Assembly (NCBI GenBank): GCA_010093815.1
Contig: ML996570.1
Strand: one strand, 5' to 3'
DNA: 64,000 bases
DNA from: Pseudovirgaria hyperparasitica
Lineage: Eukaryota
Shown: positions 38,221 to 52,148 of the stretch, one piece after another
Layout of the letters: each line of letters begins with the position of its first letter
Numbering within the stretch: the stretch's first letter is position 1
Made by a program: the position numbers and the translations under genes
Notes under the pieces: generated by a model
The model's input: only the letters and a program-made list of their open reading frames with translations
Databases searched by the model: none
Told to the model about the DNA's origin: nothing

Positions 38221-39538
38221 GGTTCCGGGGCGGCGGTATTATTATAGGAAGCTGGTAAGCTAGAATGACAGCAGCAATAATAGCTACAACTGGCAGAACT
38301 TGTGGGGTGGACCAGTGACATTGTACCCGGCCGCAGCTGCATCAGACGAGGAGAAGGGCCGAAGAAGTCACAAGGGCACGGAGGATGGTGGTGGACAGGA
38401 CATGTGGAGAGATGTGGTGAGGGAGAGAGTGTAAGAGGGTGAGTGAGAGAGGCAGATGGAAGTACAGGAGCTGGAGTGGAAGAGAGGCTGAGGATGAGGA
38501 TGAGGAGGATGATGATGATGACGGCAGTGACGCGTGGAGGAGGCGGAAGATGGATGGGTGGATAGAGATGAGAACAAGCTGCAGCAGTGTAGTAGTTGTT
38601 GTTGTTGCAGCTGTGTGTACAGTGTATGTATTTCGACGTGTGTGCGTGTGTATAGGTAGTAGTATAAGAATGGATGATGGATAGCAAAGCCTGTCAGCGA
38701 TGGATGAATGAATGAATGAATGAATGGATCGTATCGTATCGTGTGTCCCTCCCTCCCTGGACCTTGGGGATGGATCTTGGATCTATTTGGGAATTATCCC
38801 CCCCCCCCCGGTCCCTCCCCGTTTTCTCCCTTGGACCCCCCAAAAACCCAATTCCCCGCCAATGCTTAGGCGGTCCTGTCGCCCAATCGTCGCTTTGCAC
38901 GGGCACCATCCAGCCCGTTTGTCCCGCCTATTAGGCTTGTCCAAGCCGCCAAAGCCCCCACCACGGCCGCCTAATCCGCCCCGTCCTGCCCCCCGTTCTA
39001 GCTAGCACATGGCGGGGGATCTGCTCCAGCTGGGCCCAACAGTGCGCACGCAGCAGTCCAGGACAGTACAGGACAGTACAGTAGTTCTTCTGCCTCCCTC
39101 CACGACCAACACCACCACCACCACCACCACCACCACCACCACCGACCGGTCAACAGCTTGTCTCGGTCGTATAGGTTGGTTGGCATTATGCAGCTTGCCA
39201 CTCATCTCTCATCCATCATTCATTCATTCATCCATCCATTCCCCCATCCATCAACATCTCAATCCAATCCTGTCCATTCAGCTGACCTGCCATGCCCGCC
39301 TCCCTATTCACTTCGTCTCCTCGCCAGGCAGCAGCACATCTTCGCCCTGTCAATTGATGCCTGCATGCCGTGGCGTGTAGTACAGCATGGCCCAGAACGA
39401 TACACTGCTGTGCTTGTTCCACTGCTCAGCCTCAGCCACCATGCTCCCATCTGATACATGTCCTCCTGCCCACTTTCATATCATGCCTACGCCGCCTACG
39501 TCCCATGCCTTGACCTCCTTCACATTAGTCTGCCTATC

Positions 39539-42306
39539 ATGGACACTTCGAATCCACCTCCAAACCTGAAGAATGCTGACAACGCTGCTCCAGGAGCAAG
39601 AGGCCCCAAAGATCGCCATTTTGCCGCTGCTTTCTCGGGTTGGTCTGCTCAGCAATTGGACGACGCCGTCAAGACTTTGGTCGACCAATCAGATGGCTAT
39701 CTGGACGACTACCACCACTACCTTCTTCGTGGTGCCTACCTTGCCCAGTCGAAGAAAGCGTTCGATCGACCAAGAGAAGATGGTCTGGCCCTGAAAGAAC
39801 GTGAACAGCAATATCTCAAACTCGAACGAAGTGACCGTCGAATCGACAAGTTCAACCAGCCCTGGCGATTGTATTTCCTCATCATATGCTGCAGTCTGGG
39901 CGCCGCTGTGCAAGGATGGGATGAATGTGAGTTGCTTCTGTATCTGCCATCAACATCCAACTTGTCACTCACATTCCTCCTATAGCTGCGGTCAATGGGG
40001 GTAAGTCGGCCATGCTTTGCATCTATATCTATAGAACCAGCATATCTTCATCACAATTCCAACACTGAATCACCCTAGCACAAATCTTCTATCAGCCTGC
40101 TTTCGGAATCGATGGCAGTATAGGTCTCAAGGGCCTTATCAACAGTGCTCCTTACCTCTGCTGTACCCTCTCTTGTTGGTACGCTACATGGTCCTGGCCT
40201 TCATCGTCCAACTTTGCCTGCTCACTGATTTACTCCAAGGCTGAACTACCCCATGAACAAGCTTCTTGGCCGCCGAGGTACCATCTTCTGGACATGTCTT
40301 ATTTCCTCAATCACCTGTCTGGGGCAAGCTTTTCCCCAGACATGGCAACAGCTCTTTGTAGCTCGACTTTTGCTTGGTTTTGGTATCGGGCCAAAGAGGT
40401 ACAATCATTATTAGTCTCCAAGAACGACTCGGCTTAACCATTCTTAGTGCTACTATTCCCATCTTTGCTGCTGAGTGTGCTCCATCAAACATAAGAGGAG
40501 CGTTGGTGATGATGTGGCAGGTACGAGCTTCCATCTCTTGACGACCTACCATGGCTGAAGACACCCATGGGCAATCTTCTGTATAGCCAACGTAGCATGA
40601 ATTCAAGCTCTAGAAACCACTGTCGCATCAGCCTCGCTAATAGACTGCCAGATGTGGACTGCTTTCGGCATCATGTGCGGCTACATTGCTGGTGTTGTCC
40701 TTTACAACGTTGGTTCTGGAGCCTCAGCCCAATGCAGGTCTCCCGATGCTGACAAGACTATTCTTGCCTCCGCTCACTGTGTAGGATACTACCCATAATC
40801 TCCCCTCATCAATGTTGCTAACATATCCTGCTCAGAGCCTAAACTGGAGGCTTATGCTTGCCAGTCCGGTATGTTCCCACCTTTGACCATCATTACGACA
40901 TACGCTTACCATGCTCCCGATGATACTGCCTCTAGTCGTGGTCATGTATATTTACGTCCTGCCAGAGTCCCCTCGATGGCTCCTCCTAAAGGCAAGAGAG
41001 GGCAAGGATAAACGCAGATACGAAGAGGCCTTCCTGGCTCTTCAAAGACTCCGCCACACCAAACTCCAAGCCGCCCGTGACCTGTTCCTGATCAACCACC
41101 TGCTGGGAGAGGAGGAGAAGATTATGAAGTATGACAAACCATTCCTGGAGCTCTTCACAAATGGTAGGAACCGGAGAGCGCTGACGGCGTCTGTCATATG
41201 TATGTTCATGCAACAGGTATGGACACGGATGAGTCTTGAGCCTGAGATATATATTGCTAATCCTCTTAGTTCTGCGGCATCAACGTACTCATATACTGTA
41301 AGCGTACACCACCGCCAGTCCAAGATCAGTCTGACACTCTCCAGATTCCAGCGATATTCTCGTACATAATGCTCACTTCAAGGAACGGCAGGCCCTTTTG
41401 ACGAGTCTTGGCTTCGGAATCCTCAATTTCGTCTTTGCATTGCCAGCTGTCTGGACGATTGACTCGTTTGGTCGCCGCAATCTTCTACTGTCCACCTTTC
41501 CTTTTATGGCTCTGTCCATGCTGCTTGTCGCCATATCCTTCCAATTGGGCCCTGCTACGCCAATCGTCGGCCAAGTTGGCGTTACATCGGCGTCCTCGTC
41601 AACGGACACGCAAGCATCCCGTGGCCAAGTAGCTCTGCTATTCGTCGGCATGTATCTCTTTACCATCTTCTATTCTCCCGGCGAAGGGCCTGTCCCGTTC
41701 ACGTACTCGGCAGAGTCAATGCCTCTTTACAACAGAGACTTTGGTATGGGAGTCACTACTTCGATCAATTGGTGAGCCTTGCCGTACCTGGAGTCTGTCC
41801 ATCCGATGGCGAACGCCAACTCCTAACTCTTGAACTCTAGGTTCTTCAATTTCTTCTTGGCCATTACCTGGCCACCCTTCCTGAAAGCCTTCACGCCCAC
41901 TGGTGCGTTCTGCTGGTACGCCGCCTGGAACGTAGTCGGTTGGTTCTTGATCGTGTTTCTCGTTCCCGAGACAAAGGATCTGAGTCTCGAGCAACTCGAC
42001 CACGTCTTCAGCATACGCACACGTGAGCACGTTGCGCACGGCGCCGAGCAGATCAGTTGGTTCATCAGGACATACTTTGGCCGCCAGAAGGGGCTACGGC
42101 AGCCCGTGCTATTGACAGTCGACGAGAACGAGCCGCGCTTTGTTAGCCCGGAGCGGCGACGGCATTTCAGCGAAAGCTACCCAATGTATGACTGGGAGGA
42201 TGATGCCAGGCCGAGTGCGGAGGCGTCTGGGCGCGACTCGAACAATCTTGGAAGGGCGAGCACACGAGACTCGCGATTTGAGAGAATGGGGAGTCGAGAC
42301 TACTGA
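39539..42306 (+). CDS. MFS sugar porter (inositol/polyol transporter-like), ~10 exons
   Basis: GAAVQGWDE, LGRRG, AECAPSNIRGALVMMWQ, PESPRWL, QQFCGIN, IDSFGRR, SPGEGPVPFTYSAE, VPETKDLSLEQLD. Confidence 0.9.
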
Positions 42307-42769
42307 GTATTGTAGTAATTTATTTGTAAAAGGTGATTCCCATGTTTCTCGGCACATTGCTCCCTTCTGGTAATTAGCCTCTTGATGGGACTATCCAATT
42401 TTCCAACCGAGATTGTAAACACTGCATGCCCCATATTAATTATACCCCTATCAAGGTTAGCGTCATACTTACCCCGGGCTGCAGCCCGACGTCATCCACA
42501 CCCACGTGGCTGCGCGTGCCCAACGTGTTAAACTTATCCCAACCTCTCCCATCATGATATATATATATATATCCACGCCTCCTTGCGTTGTGTGAAACGC
42601 ATGCCTCAACATGGCGATTGCCAATCCATGAGTATCAGCTAGACTAACACGTAGAGCTATCAAAAACCCACCAATCCTTTGCCAGCCCCGGTCGTCTTAT
42701 AGTGTATTCCATCCTGGATATGCGCCGCGCTCGCTTCTCGTATCACACCTCTCACGGAAAGGCCTCACG

Positions 42770-44419
42770 ATGATAGGCACGTCCACTGCTGAATGGATCT
42801 TTATTCTCCTCTCCATATCCCTACTGCGTGCCATCGCGCCTCTTTCAATCATTTACAGCATTCTCTGGCTCTTCTTCCCGATTGCTATCGTCAGGAAGCA
42901 TCCACTACCATTCCTGCTCAAGATATATGCCCTTACCGAGTCCGCATTCTTTCTGTTCGTGTATCTCCCTCTTCGAGCCCGCAGCCAGTCCGCGGCTGTT
43001 CACCCTCCGCTGGCAGACCGTGCTGCGCGAGAGGCACTCTTCGAGGAATGCATGCAAACCTTGGACGACCCTGAGACCTATCTGCGCAAGTGGTTTCTGG
43101 ACGCGCCCCTGCATGAGATCAAAAGGGAAAACCTGCGCGAGTGGGTGCGGTGGGGGTTCTTCTCGAGAAACGACGTCGCGGCCAACTCGCTCGACGAAGA
43201 TGAGGTCGAGCAATATGTCGTTGGGCTCGAGAGGAAACTTGGGCGTACGATCGAGGAAGGGAGAGGGACGGCAAAGTCCTTTCGCCTGACGTTTGACAGC
43301 GTTGGGATGTCGCATCGACCCTTGGTCTGGTATTTGGTCAGTCTCCCCAGAAGCCCCGTGTTTCAATTCCTGATATCTACCCTCCAGCTCGTCTTCATCG
43401 TCGATGTATACACCACAACCCGCCTGCTGTACGCCGGTCTAACCTACCACCGCCTGTCCTTCCCTCGCCTCCTCCTCACATTCCCCCCTCAACCACTCCC
43501 CCTGGCCCGGCACAAGTCCCCCTCCGAGACCCTCCCATACTGGTTCCGTCCCCACACATCCACAACAACAAGGCCGATAGTATACATCCACGGCATCGGC
43601 ATCGGCCTCTACCCCTACGCCACCCTCCTCGCCGACCTCGCCCACGCCGACCCCTCAACCGGCATCCTCGTCTTCGAAATCCACCCAATCAGCGCCCGCA
43701 TCACCCAGGCAACAGCCTCCATGCCCGTCCTCGTCGCCGAAATCCACCGCGTCCTCACCGCCCACAACATCCGCGACTGCGTCCTCGTCGCAAACTCGTA
43801 CGGCACCGCCGTCGCATGCAACGTCCTCCGCTCAGCCCTCTTCGCCACGCCCGCCCGCCGCCCAGCCGTCCGCGCAACCAGCACCGCCTTCTCAAAACCC
43901 CACATTGCCGCCCTCGTGCTCGTCGACCCCATCTCCCTGCTCCTCCACCAGCCGGCCGTGGCGTACAACTTCGTCAAGCGGGCCCCGCGGCGCGCAAACG
44001 AGCACCAGCTGCACTATTTTGCGAGCTCGGACATGTGCGTTGCGCACACGCTCTCGCGGCACTTTTTCTGGACGGAGAATATCGTGTGGAAGCGGGATTT
44101 GATGGCCCGGTTTGGCGGGCCCGTGTGTGTTTGTCTGGCGGGGCGGGACCTGATTGTTGATGCCGGGGGTGTGTGGAAGTATCTTACCGGGCGGAGCAGG
44201 GCGGAGAGTGTTGGGCGGGATCGGGATGTCTACCAGGAGGGCTATTTGCGGGTGCTGTGGTTTGAGGATAGGGATCACGCGCAGGTGTTTGATTACAAGG
44301 GGTGTAGAAGGGCGATTGAGAGCGTGGTGCGCGAGTACTGCGGCATCAGCAGGCATGGCATCGAGAACGACAACAACACCAACAACAACACCAACGCAGA
44401 CCACGTATCCAACCCCTAA
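42770..44419 (+). CDS. Membrane-anchored alpha/beta-hydrolase fold protein
   Basis: N-terminal TM, IVYIHGIGIG, nucleophile elbow ANSYG, LVDP, GRDLIV, DHA; probable 51-nt intron 43337-43387. Confidence 0.85.
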   Translation: MIGTSTAEWIFILLSISLLRAIAPLSIIYSILWLFFPIAIVRKHPLPFLLKIYALTESAFFLFVYLPLRARSQSAAVHPPLADRAAREALFEECMQTLDDPETYLRKWFLDAPLHEIKRENLREWVRWGFFSRNDVAANSLDEDEVEQYVVGLERKLGRTIEEGRGTAKSFRLTFDSVGMSHRPLVWYLVSLPRSPVFQFLISTLQLVFIVDVYTTTRLLYAGLTYHRLSFPRLLLTFPPQPLPLARHKSPSETLPYWFRPHTSTTTRPIVYIHGIGIGLYPYATLLADLAHADPSTGILVFEIHPISARITQATASMPVLVAEIHRVLTAHNIRDCVLVANSYGTAVACNVLRSALFATPARRPAVRATSTAFSKPHIAALVLVDPISLLLHQPAVAYNFVKRAPRRANEHQLHYFASSDMCVAHTLSRHFFWTENIVWKRDLMARFGGPVCVCLAGRDLIVDAGGVWKYLTGRSRAESVGRDRDVYQEGYLRVLWFEDRDHAQVFDYKGCRRAIESVVREYCGISRHGIENDNNTNNNTNADHVSNP

Positions 44420-44441
44420 TAAATAACAAAAACCCCTAATC

Positions 44442-45940
44442 TCACCCCATCCACCCCCTCACAAACCCCATAATCCCCCACCCCTTCCTCCTCCGCTCCT
44501 CCTCCTCCCGCTCCCTCTTCCGCACCAACATCCTCTCCCACACCCCCCTCTCCATCGCCAAAACCTCCCGCTCCGTCATCTCCCCCATGCCGAAATCCGG
44601 CGCCGTGTCCGGGGAAGGCACATACTCCCCCTGTCCTTCCGCATCCCCGCCAATCCCAGCTACCCGCACCGCCTCCTCCGCCTTCCCAACAAGCCACTCC
44701 CCATGCACAAGCCCATCAGCCCAGTGCGCAGGCAGCCCCGCTCGACCGACCCACGCGCCGACAAGCGCGCCCGCGACAGCGGCGTTGGTGTCTGCGTCGC
44801 CGGCTTGCATTACTAGGTCTGTGATTATGCGTTCGAAGAGGTGTGCGTTGGTGTTGTCGTTGTCGTTCTTGTTGTTGTTGTTGTCGTCGTAGTCGTTGTT
44901 ATATCCACCAGCGCAGCCGCGCATAGCAAGACGCAGCGCGAGAATCGCCGCGCCAAGACACTTATACACGTAGCCCATGCTGCGCCTCTCATCCAGCGCG
45001 AGCTGCGCGTACGTGTCTGCATAAACATGTCTGTCGAACTCCGCCTTGTCGAGCAGGCGAGCAGCTTGTTCGTCCGTTAGGACATCGCCTTCCCCCTCCC
45101 CAGCCCTCGGATCAGCATACTCCCCCCTCGCGCGCACCCACGCCCAACTCCTCTCCAGCAAACAATCTACATCCCCCTCCCGCACGACCGTCCCCCTAAC
45201 CAACCCCCTAACCAATCCCCCAACAACACAACACGCAACAACACACCTCGGATCCGCATGCGTCACAACCCCCACCTCCGCCGCAACCCTCCACACCTCC
45301 TCTTCTCCCCCCGGCGCCCCGAGAACACCAATCACATGCGTCCGCATCAAGCTCCCGTTCGCCGCCATCCTGCGCCCATGTCGGATCCAGTACTCCCGCG
45401 AGACTTGCGCTGGGTCGGAGAGGTAGTTTGCGCTGGACACGACGCCGGCGATGGTGTTTCCTGTGCCGAGGGGGGGGCGGGAGAGGGCGCGGATGCCCTC
45501 GCGGGTCCAGCGGCGGAGGCGCGCGGCGAAGAGGGGGGCGGAGAGGGGGGTGGGGGTCGGGGTGGAGAGGTAGGTTAGGAGGAAGAGGAGGGCGTGGTCT
45601 GTGTCGTCGGTCCAGGTACGGGGGGGGAAGCGGTCTGTGGTTGGTTGGGTTAGGATGGTCTGTTTATATGGTTGGAGGAGAGGGAAGAGGGAGGGAAGGG
45701 GGAGGAAAGGGGAATGAGAGGGACGGAAATACCCCGGTGGCTATCACCCAGCAACGGGGTCACGGGCTCGACGAGGCTGAATTTCGCGGATGGATAGGCT
45801 TTTCGCGCGGCGTCTTGGGTGAGGAATTCGGTGTAGAGGCCGATTGTGTCGCCGAGGGCGGAGCCGAGGATTGTGCCTATGGCGCGGTCGGGGGCGGTTG
45901 GTGGGAGGGGGGATGGGGGTTGTTGAGGGGTGGTGGACAT
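44442..45940 (-). CDS. ADP-ribosylglycohydrolase (ARH/DraG family)
   Basis: GSALGDTIGLYTEF, WTDDTD, AANGSLMR, VTHADP, GDADTNAAVAGAL; one intron ~45635-45732. Confidence 0.92.
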
Positions 45941-46578
45941 TGTGGGAGGTTGATGGGTGTGAGATGTGTTTGACGTGTGGGTGTTTGGCTTTCTTTTATA
46001 TATCCCCCTTGGCATGTTGTGTCGGGGGGTTTACGTTCAGGCAGCAGCTTTTTGGACATATCCACCACTATCTCGTATTCGGCACGTGGTGGCTGAGTGA
46101 TGTACCGCACGGATGAAAAGGTCGTGGTTTTGGGTTGTCATGGTGATGAGTAGATGGTGCTGGAACCAAAGTTTGAGTTTGGGTCGTCGGCTCCAGGGGA
46201 TGAGAAGGATGGATTTGTGGTTTCGGTTTTTCAGGCTTGGATGGGATGGGATGTGGTTCTAGTTGAGGCTGACACGTGAGTGAGAGTCCCTTTTTGGGTT
46301 TAGCGTGGTTCTTTGTGAATATTTGCGCGGACGTTGGAACGTCGATATTCCACCTCGGACTTTTCTTAGTCATTCTCAAGTCTCGCGCGACGACCCTGGT
46401 TACATGCTTGGAGGGTTCGATGACGTCGTGGTGAAGGTCGCTGGACACTTACTGCATGCTTATAAGGCTCGATGACAACGTGCTGGAGGTGATTGAAGAC
46501 TTACTGCCTGGTACTTGGACCGAGGAGGGATCAACATGACAGATTATAAAGTGCAATAAATTGGACACCTTTAGTCCA

Positions 46579-47953
46579 TCACCCCATGGACACGCGGATG
46601 TCGACTGTCCTCCGGACCATGATCTGGTCAGACCCGTGCTCCCTCAACGACTCGGCGTCGACAACAGTGGAAGGCTTGCGACACTCAATGAGATTCCTTG
46701 TATCTGCGTGATCTGGCCGTAACGGACCCAGCTCCATCTCTGGGTTCTTCACCTGTCTCTTGAACCCCCGATCCCTGAATCGCGACCGGCTCATGCTTTC
46801 GGACAAAGTGTTTGACCTACTCCTGGGCTTGCCCGCAGCGCGTTTCCTGTACATGTCGTGAGGGTCCATCTGCCCGGTCGTCGTCGAGAGATATCCCGTG
46901 TTGAACAGGCGCAGAAACGGCCGCATGCACGGGATCGTGGCGGAGACAATGCATAGATGCATCTCAGCTTGGGTGTAGACTGCCGTTTTCACCAGCGACC
47001 AGGTAACGTCGGGCGAATCAAAGGCCGACATCAGATTCCAGAGGCGGAGGCCACCGAGGGCCGAAATTCTGTGCATGGCTTAGCATAGACCAGATGAATA
47101 CAAGCATACACTACCCACGGTAACCGAAACCAGAATGCCGTGACGACGATGAATTTTGTGGAAAACGGAGCATGGAGATTCCAGACGAGGTATATCGGCA
47201 ACGCCAATAGCATGAGCTCTGTCACTGAGCCAGAAGCAAAGATGCCTATCCATTGAGGTTCCTGTTTACGTTCAGCTATAGCCAGGCATCTATATAGGGC
47301 AGATCGTATCATACCGACTGTTTTAGACAGACATGGAAGGCGTCAATGTCATCAAAGTCGCTGCAGGCCACGCCGACGATGATGGTGCATGCGAAACCCC
47401 ACATTGCTATCACCATAGAGACGACCAACGAAGCCATAGTGTGCCGCCTGGCTCTGGTCAGGCGATAGATGAAGAGCGAACATCCTGCTCTAGCAAAGCA
47501 GAGCGCCAGGATGTACAAGACGTTACTGATCCACAGAGTCTGAGACCATCAGCGAGGCAAATTCATGCAATTGGACATACAGACCCAGTATGTATGGCGT
47601 TGCGCGTCTTGGGAAAGATTGTGTTCTCGCTGCCCAAGACCGCTGCCGATTGACGACGCAGTGGCAACCGCCTGACCAAACCCAAATAGCTTCTCTCTCA
47701 TCAGCAAAGGCCCTTTCATTCACTCGTTCATTTCTATCATCGCACTCACAGTAGCCAGCGTTATCAGCACGTCGTCCCATCTGAACAGCTCGGCAAAAGG
47801 CCACCTCGTCGTAAGGCGGAAGATGTAAAACAGACAAGAGCACGTCAGACACAGCACCATCGCTACTGTTATGAACGGGCTGTGGTCATTTGCACTGACG
47901 GCATCGCTGTAAACGAGTCCGCGATGCTCTAGTTGGCGAGTAAGTGTTGTCAT
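46579..47953 (-). CDS. PTH11-like integral membrane protein (fungal rhodopsin-like domain)
   Basis: Hydrophobic exons with RWDDVL, LYILALCFAR, LALPIYLVWNL…KFIVVTAFWFR, EMHLCIVSATIPCMRPFL; several introns, boundaries approximate. Confidence 0.8.
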
Positions 47954-49324
47954 TGTTTGGGTACGTGGGCGTGATTGAAGAAAGACCCAACATTCAGGAC
48001 TACATCACGAAGGTACGAGGATTGAAGGAATATCACTTTAACCCAAAGCCTCCGCAAGGAGGAACAGGTTATTTGAGCCATGGTCACATTTCGAAACTCA
48101 GCCTTGCGTCTTACATCCAAGACCAACTAGTCAGCCCTAGGATTTGAGTTGCTTGCGCAGGTCAGCGTCTGCGATATATTGATTGGGTCAGGGAGCTGTA
48201 GTTCTGAACATATACCGCGCCGCGCTCAAGGCGTCTCGGCATCCCGGGGAAAATATAATAGATGAGATGAAGGGCCGTCTACATACCCAGAGCAAATCAG
48301 CGCTGCTCTACCTAGATACCTTGATAGCAGCAACCTCTCCCCTGGAAAGCCAAGCACATTGACGAAACTCTATACACCTATCACTGAATACGACCGCCAG
48401 TCGTATACGGGAAAATATCCTATTCTAGATTTTTTGTCGACCGACCGGATGAGATGTCTCGGTGGTACGTACAGATCATGAACCGGGCCCTCTCCCGGGT
48501 TGCCTCCGGATTAAAGGTCCGTGTGTACCCATGGATCCAGCATTTGTTTGGGACAAGATCGACAAAAGCTCCCGCTCCCGCTTCCGGGATCCACTAGGTT
48601 TAGTTCGCAGACGTCAAAGTAGCAGTCGAAGATTGAAGATGACTGTCGCTGCGACAGCATGCTGGACATGATTTGACACATGTACCAACCCCCCAGACAA
48701 ACAGAATGATTTCTGAAGTAATTATCAGAATCTGGGCCTTCGCCGTATACAAAAGAAAACCCAAGGGCAGGTTTCGGGCAAGGATGAGCGCTCCACAATA
48801 GCCCCGCTGTGGTTCTATTCGTGTTATCTCGGCAGCTCTCGCCCTGTTCCCTCATTCCTGTTATTTGCCGCGCTTGCAGGCCCTTGCAATGCGTAGGCGC
48901 CGCTGCGCTGTTCGGCGTCGCCGTGTTGGTGTACTCCGGGACCATCCTGGGGTGGATCTACGTTGAAGTCTGACACAGTCACTCACTTCCTTCCTCCTCG
49001 TGCACCGTGCAACCAAACATATCGCAAGTCATTGTCGTCACAAAACCTCGGGGGTCTCTTGCCCTGTACCTATGATGGCTCGAATTTGCATCATGCCATT
49101 TGAATTGCAGCATGGGATTACCAAACTGTCGGGACGCCACAGTGTAATGGATGAGACTAGAGCAACGTGGTAAGAAGGGTGATTAGAGGATTTCGGTCCT
49201 TTTCTCGGCCCTTTCCCTCTGCCTCCTCTAGTAGCCTCTCGTTTCTGCTCCTCCCGAGGAGTTGAGTTCTTCATGTGAGGGACGGGACTGGTTTTCTACG
49301 TGTCTTTCTTGCACACTGCCCACC

Positions 49325-51247
49325 ATGGTCAGCTTCGCGAGCATGACGAACAGGTACCTTGCCGAGACGAAGAACGAGTTTGCTCTGGAGTCTCGGACCC
49401 TTACCGACAACGATGGCCTCGCGGCCGATGCCAATGGCACGATACAAGATGGAAAGGATATGGCGAGGCTTGGTAAGAAGCAGCAGTTCCAAGTACGTTT
49501 GCGTATTTTCCCGGGTGTGTGTCGGTCGCCACATGAGCTCACGGGAAATTATGTAGAGAAACTTTCGGTTCATTTCGATTCTTGGCTTCACGTGCACGTT
49601 GATGTGTACGTGGGAATGTCTGGTCGCGAGCGCGTCTCTGGCATTGATCAATGGCGGTCTTGCGGGGTTTGTGTGGACTTGCTTTGGCACTACGTTCTGC
49701 TACACGGCGGTCATTGCGTCGATGGCTGATATGGCCTCGATGATGCCGACGACCGGTGGACAATACCGTATGATTCCTCCGCTGTGGGATCCGATTCATG
49801 AAATGTTTGAATTGACAATGTGGGTTTAGACTGGGTCTCGGAGTTTGCGCCAAAAAGCAAGCAGAAATTCATGAGTTACATGGCTGGTACGCACTGTGAG
49901 ACTCTGGCCTTGGTCATGACTTTGTCTAAACACAATCTACAGGATGGACTGCGTCGTTGGGATGGCAAGCTGGTCTTGCCAGTACCGCGTTCCTTTCTGC
50001 GACCATGATACAGGGCCTGGTTGTCCTGAACTATCCCACATATGAGGCTCAGCGCTGGCACGCGACACTGATATTCATCGCGGTACTCTCTGTCTGCATA
50101 TTCTTCAACACCATCGGGGCCAGACACCTGCCCCTGATTGAAGGCCTGATCCTGATGCTTCATATCATGGGCTTTTTCGCTGTCGTGATTCCGTTGTGGG
50201 TATTGGCGCCCAAGATCTCGGCAAAAGAAGTCTTCACTTCGTTTTCCAACACCGGAGGATGGAGCTCTGTTGGGAGTGCTTGTATGGTGGGACAGCTTGC
50301 ATCGGTATACTCGTTTCTAGGACCCGATGCTGCTGTTCACATGGGTATGTGAACATACCCGAGCATTCCGACGAAGATACTGTACTAACAGCATACAAAG
50401 CTGAGGAAATCCGCGACGCATCCAAGATCGTCCCCCGCGCCATGATCACCACCGTCCTGGTCAACGGCCTGCTAGGCTTCGTCATGGTCATCACATTCTG
50501 CTTCTGCATCACCGACCTGCCCGCCGCCCTGGACTCCCGCACCGGCTTCCCCTTCATCGAAGTCTTTCACGCTGCCACAGACTCCAAAGCAGGCGCCACG
50601 GCCATGGTCTCCATCTTCATCGCCCTGCTCATGTGCTGCGCAATCGGCAACCTCGCAACCGCGTCCCGACAGTTCTTTGCGTTTGCCCGCGACGACGGCA
50701 TGCCGGGCGCGCATATCTGGAGCAGAGTCACCACCGTCGGTGTTGCGATCCCGCTGCATGCGATACTGATCAGCATGACCATCTCCATCGCCATCGCGCT
50801 CATAAACATCGGATCGTAAGTCTCCCCAGCCCCGGTACACAAAGTCACCACCTATCTATCCCCTAACCCCCAGGCACTAACCAAACCCCACACAGCACCG
50901 CAGCCTTTAACTCCGTCGTCTCCCTCGTCACCGCCGCCGATTTCTCAACCTACTTCCTCTCCATCATCTGCATCCTCACCAAGCGGCTCCGCGGCGAGCC
51001 CCTCCTGCCGTCCCGCTGGAGCATGGGCAAATGGGCCATCCCGGTCAACATCTTCGCCTGCGCCTATCTCATCTTCGGCATGGTCATGTCCTTCTTCCCG
51101 ACGTCCCGGATCGGGCTGAGCCCCGAGGGTATGAATTGGAGTGTGCTGGTGTACACGGTTGTGGTTGCGGGGGCGGCGGTGCTGTATTTGGTGCATGGGC
51201 GGTACACGTATCGGGGCCCGGTGGTGAATGTGAGGCGGGTGGAGTAG
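49325..51247 (+). CDS. APC-family amino acid/GABA/choline permease
   Basis: DMARLGKKQ, NGGLAG, MADMASMMPTTGGQYHWVSE, GPDAAVHMAEE, SRQFFAFARDDGMP, MNWS, YRGP; five introns. Confidence 0.92.
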
Positions 51248-52148
51248 AGGGTGGTTGGGCGGTGTGTGGTTCATGCGGCTTTTTGGCGCATGAGTTGTGC
51301 TATGAGAAATGACGTTGATTGCTCATCTGGAATGGCATAGATAGAGGTATGGGGTTATAGATGCTTTGCCGCATAGAGATTATCTGAGCATACAGTTGAG
51401 AAGGTGGAAGTCGGGTGTGTATACATCCTCATCAAATGATAAGGCAACAATCCATGTCTGGCGTTGTCATCTTAAACGCCGGGCTGCCGCATAGCTTGGT
51501 CCATGGAGATTGTTGCCACCGAATGCTATCATTGGTTCGTTTGGGCTGCATTCCACATAATCCGTCGCCAGTATCTCTGCCACAAAGCAACGATCGAGCA
51601 GAAACAAACCAGACTACACCGAGACCAATACACAATGTACTCAATGTCTATCATATCAAGCCTTGTCGGGCTGAGAATCATCGCTCTGCAGCGCTGACAT
51701 TTGACCGCCCTCTGGCGAATAGACCCTCACGATATAGGCTGGGATCACACAAGGCTGGCTGCCTCTTCTTGCTGACCCATCATTCTACCTGCCTGACGCC
51801 TCTTCTTCGTATCTGCATTGCTTACCCCGCACCATGGGTGTCAAATCAAACGTAAAAGCATGTACTTTGTCTTGCTCTTCAGACTCCAATGCTGACCTAC
51901 TCTCGATCATACTCGATATTGTACTCTAAGCTAGTGTAGACTGTAGAATCCCCCTTCTCAAGTAGACCTCTCCTGAATTCGTACGTCATTGAGGATACTT
52001 CGAGTAAGTAACTTTAGTCTTTTGTACAGATGGACTTGTCAAAGTCTCACATGTTCCCTTATTCAAGATCCAGAGAGCTTCGATTCTAGTATGCTGATGG
52101 TGGACTCGGTGTAGGTGCAATTCTCGATCCCCGGGGTCGACCAAAAGA

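Noticed and set aside
39539..51247. Secondary-metabolite or catabolic gene cluster (transporters, hydrolases, PTH11-like)
   Set aside because: No backbone enzyme or pathway-specific regulator and no shared pathway logic visible
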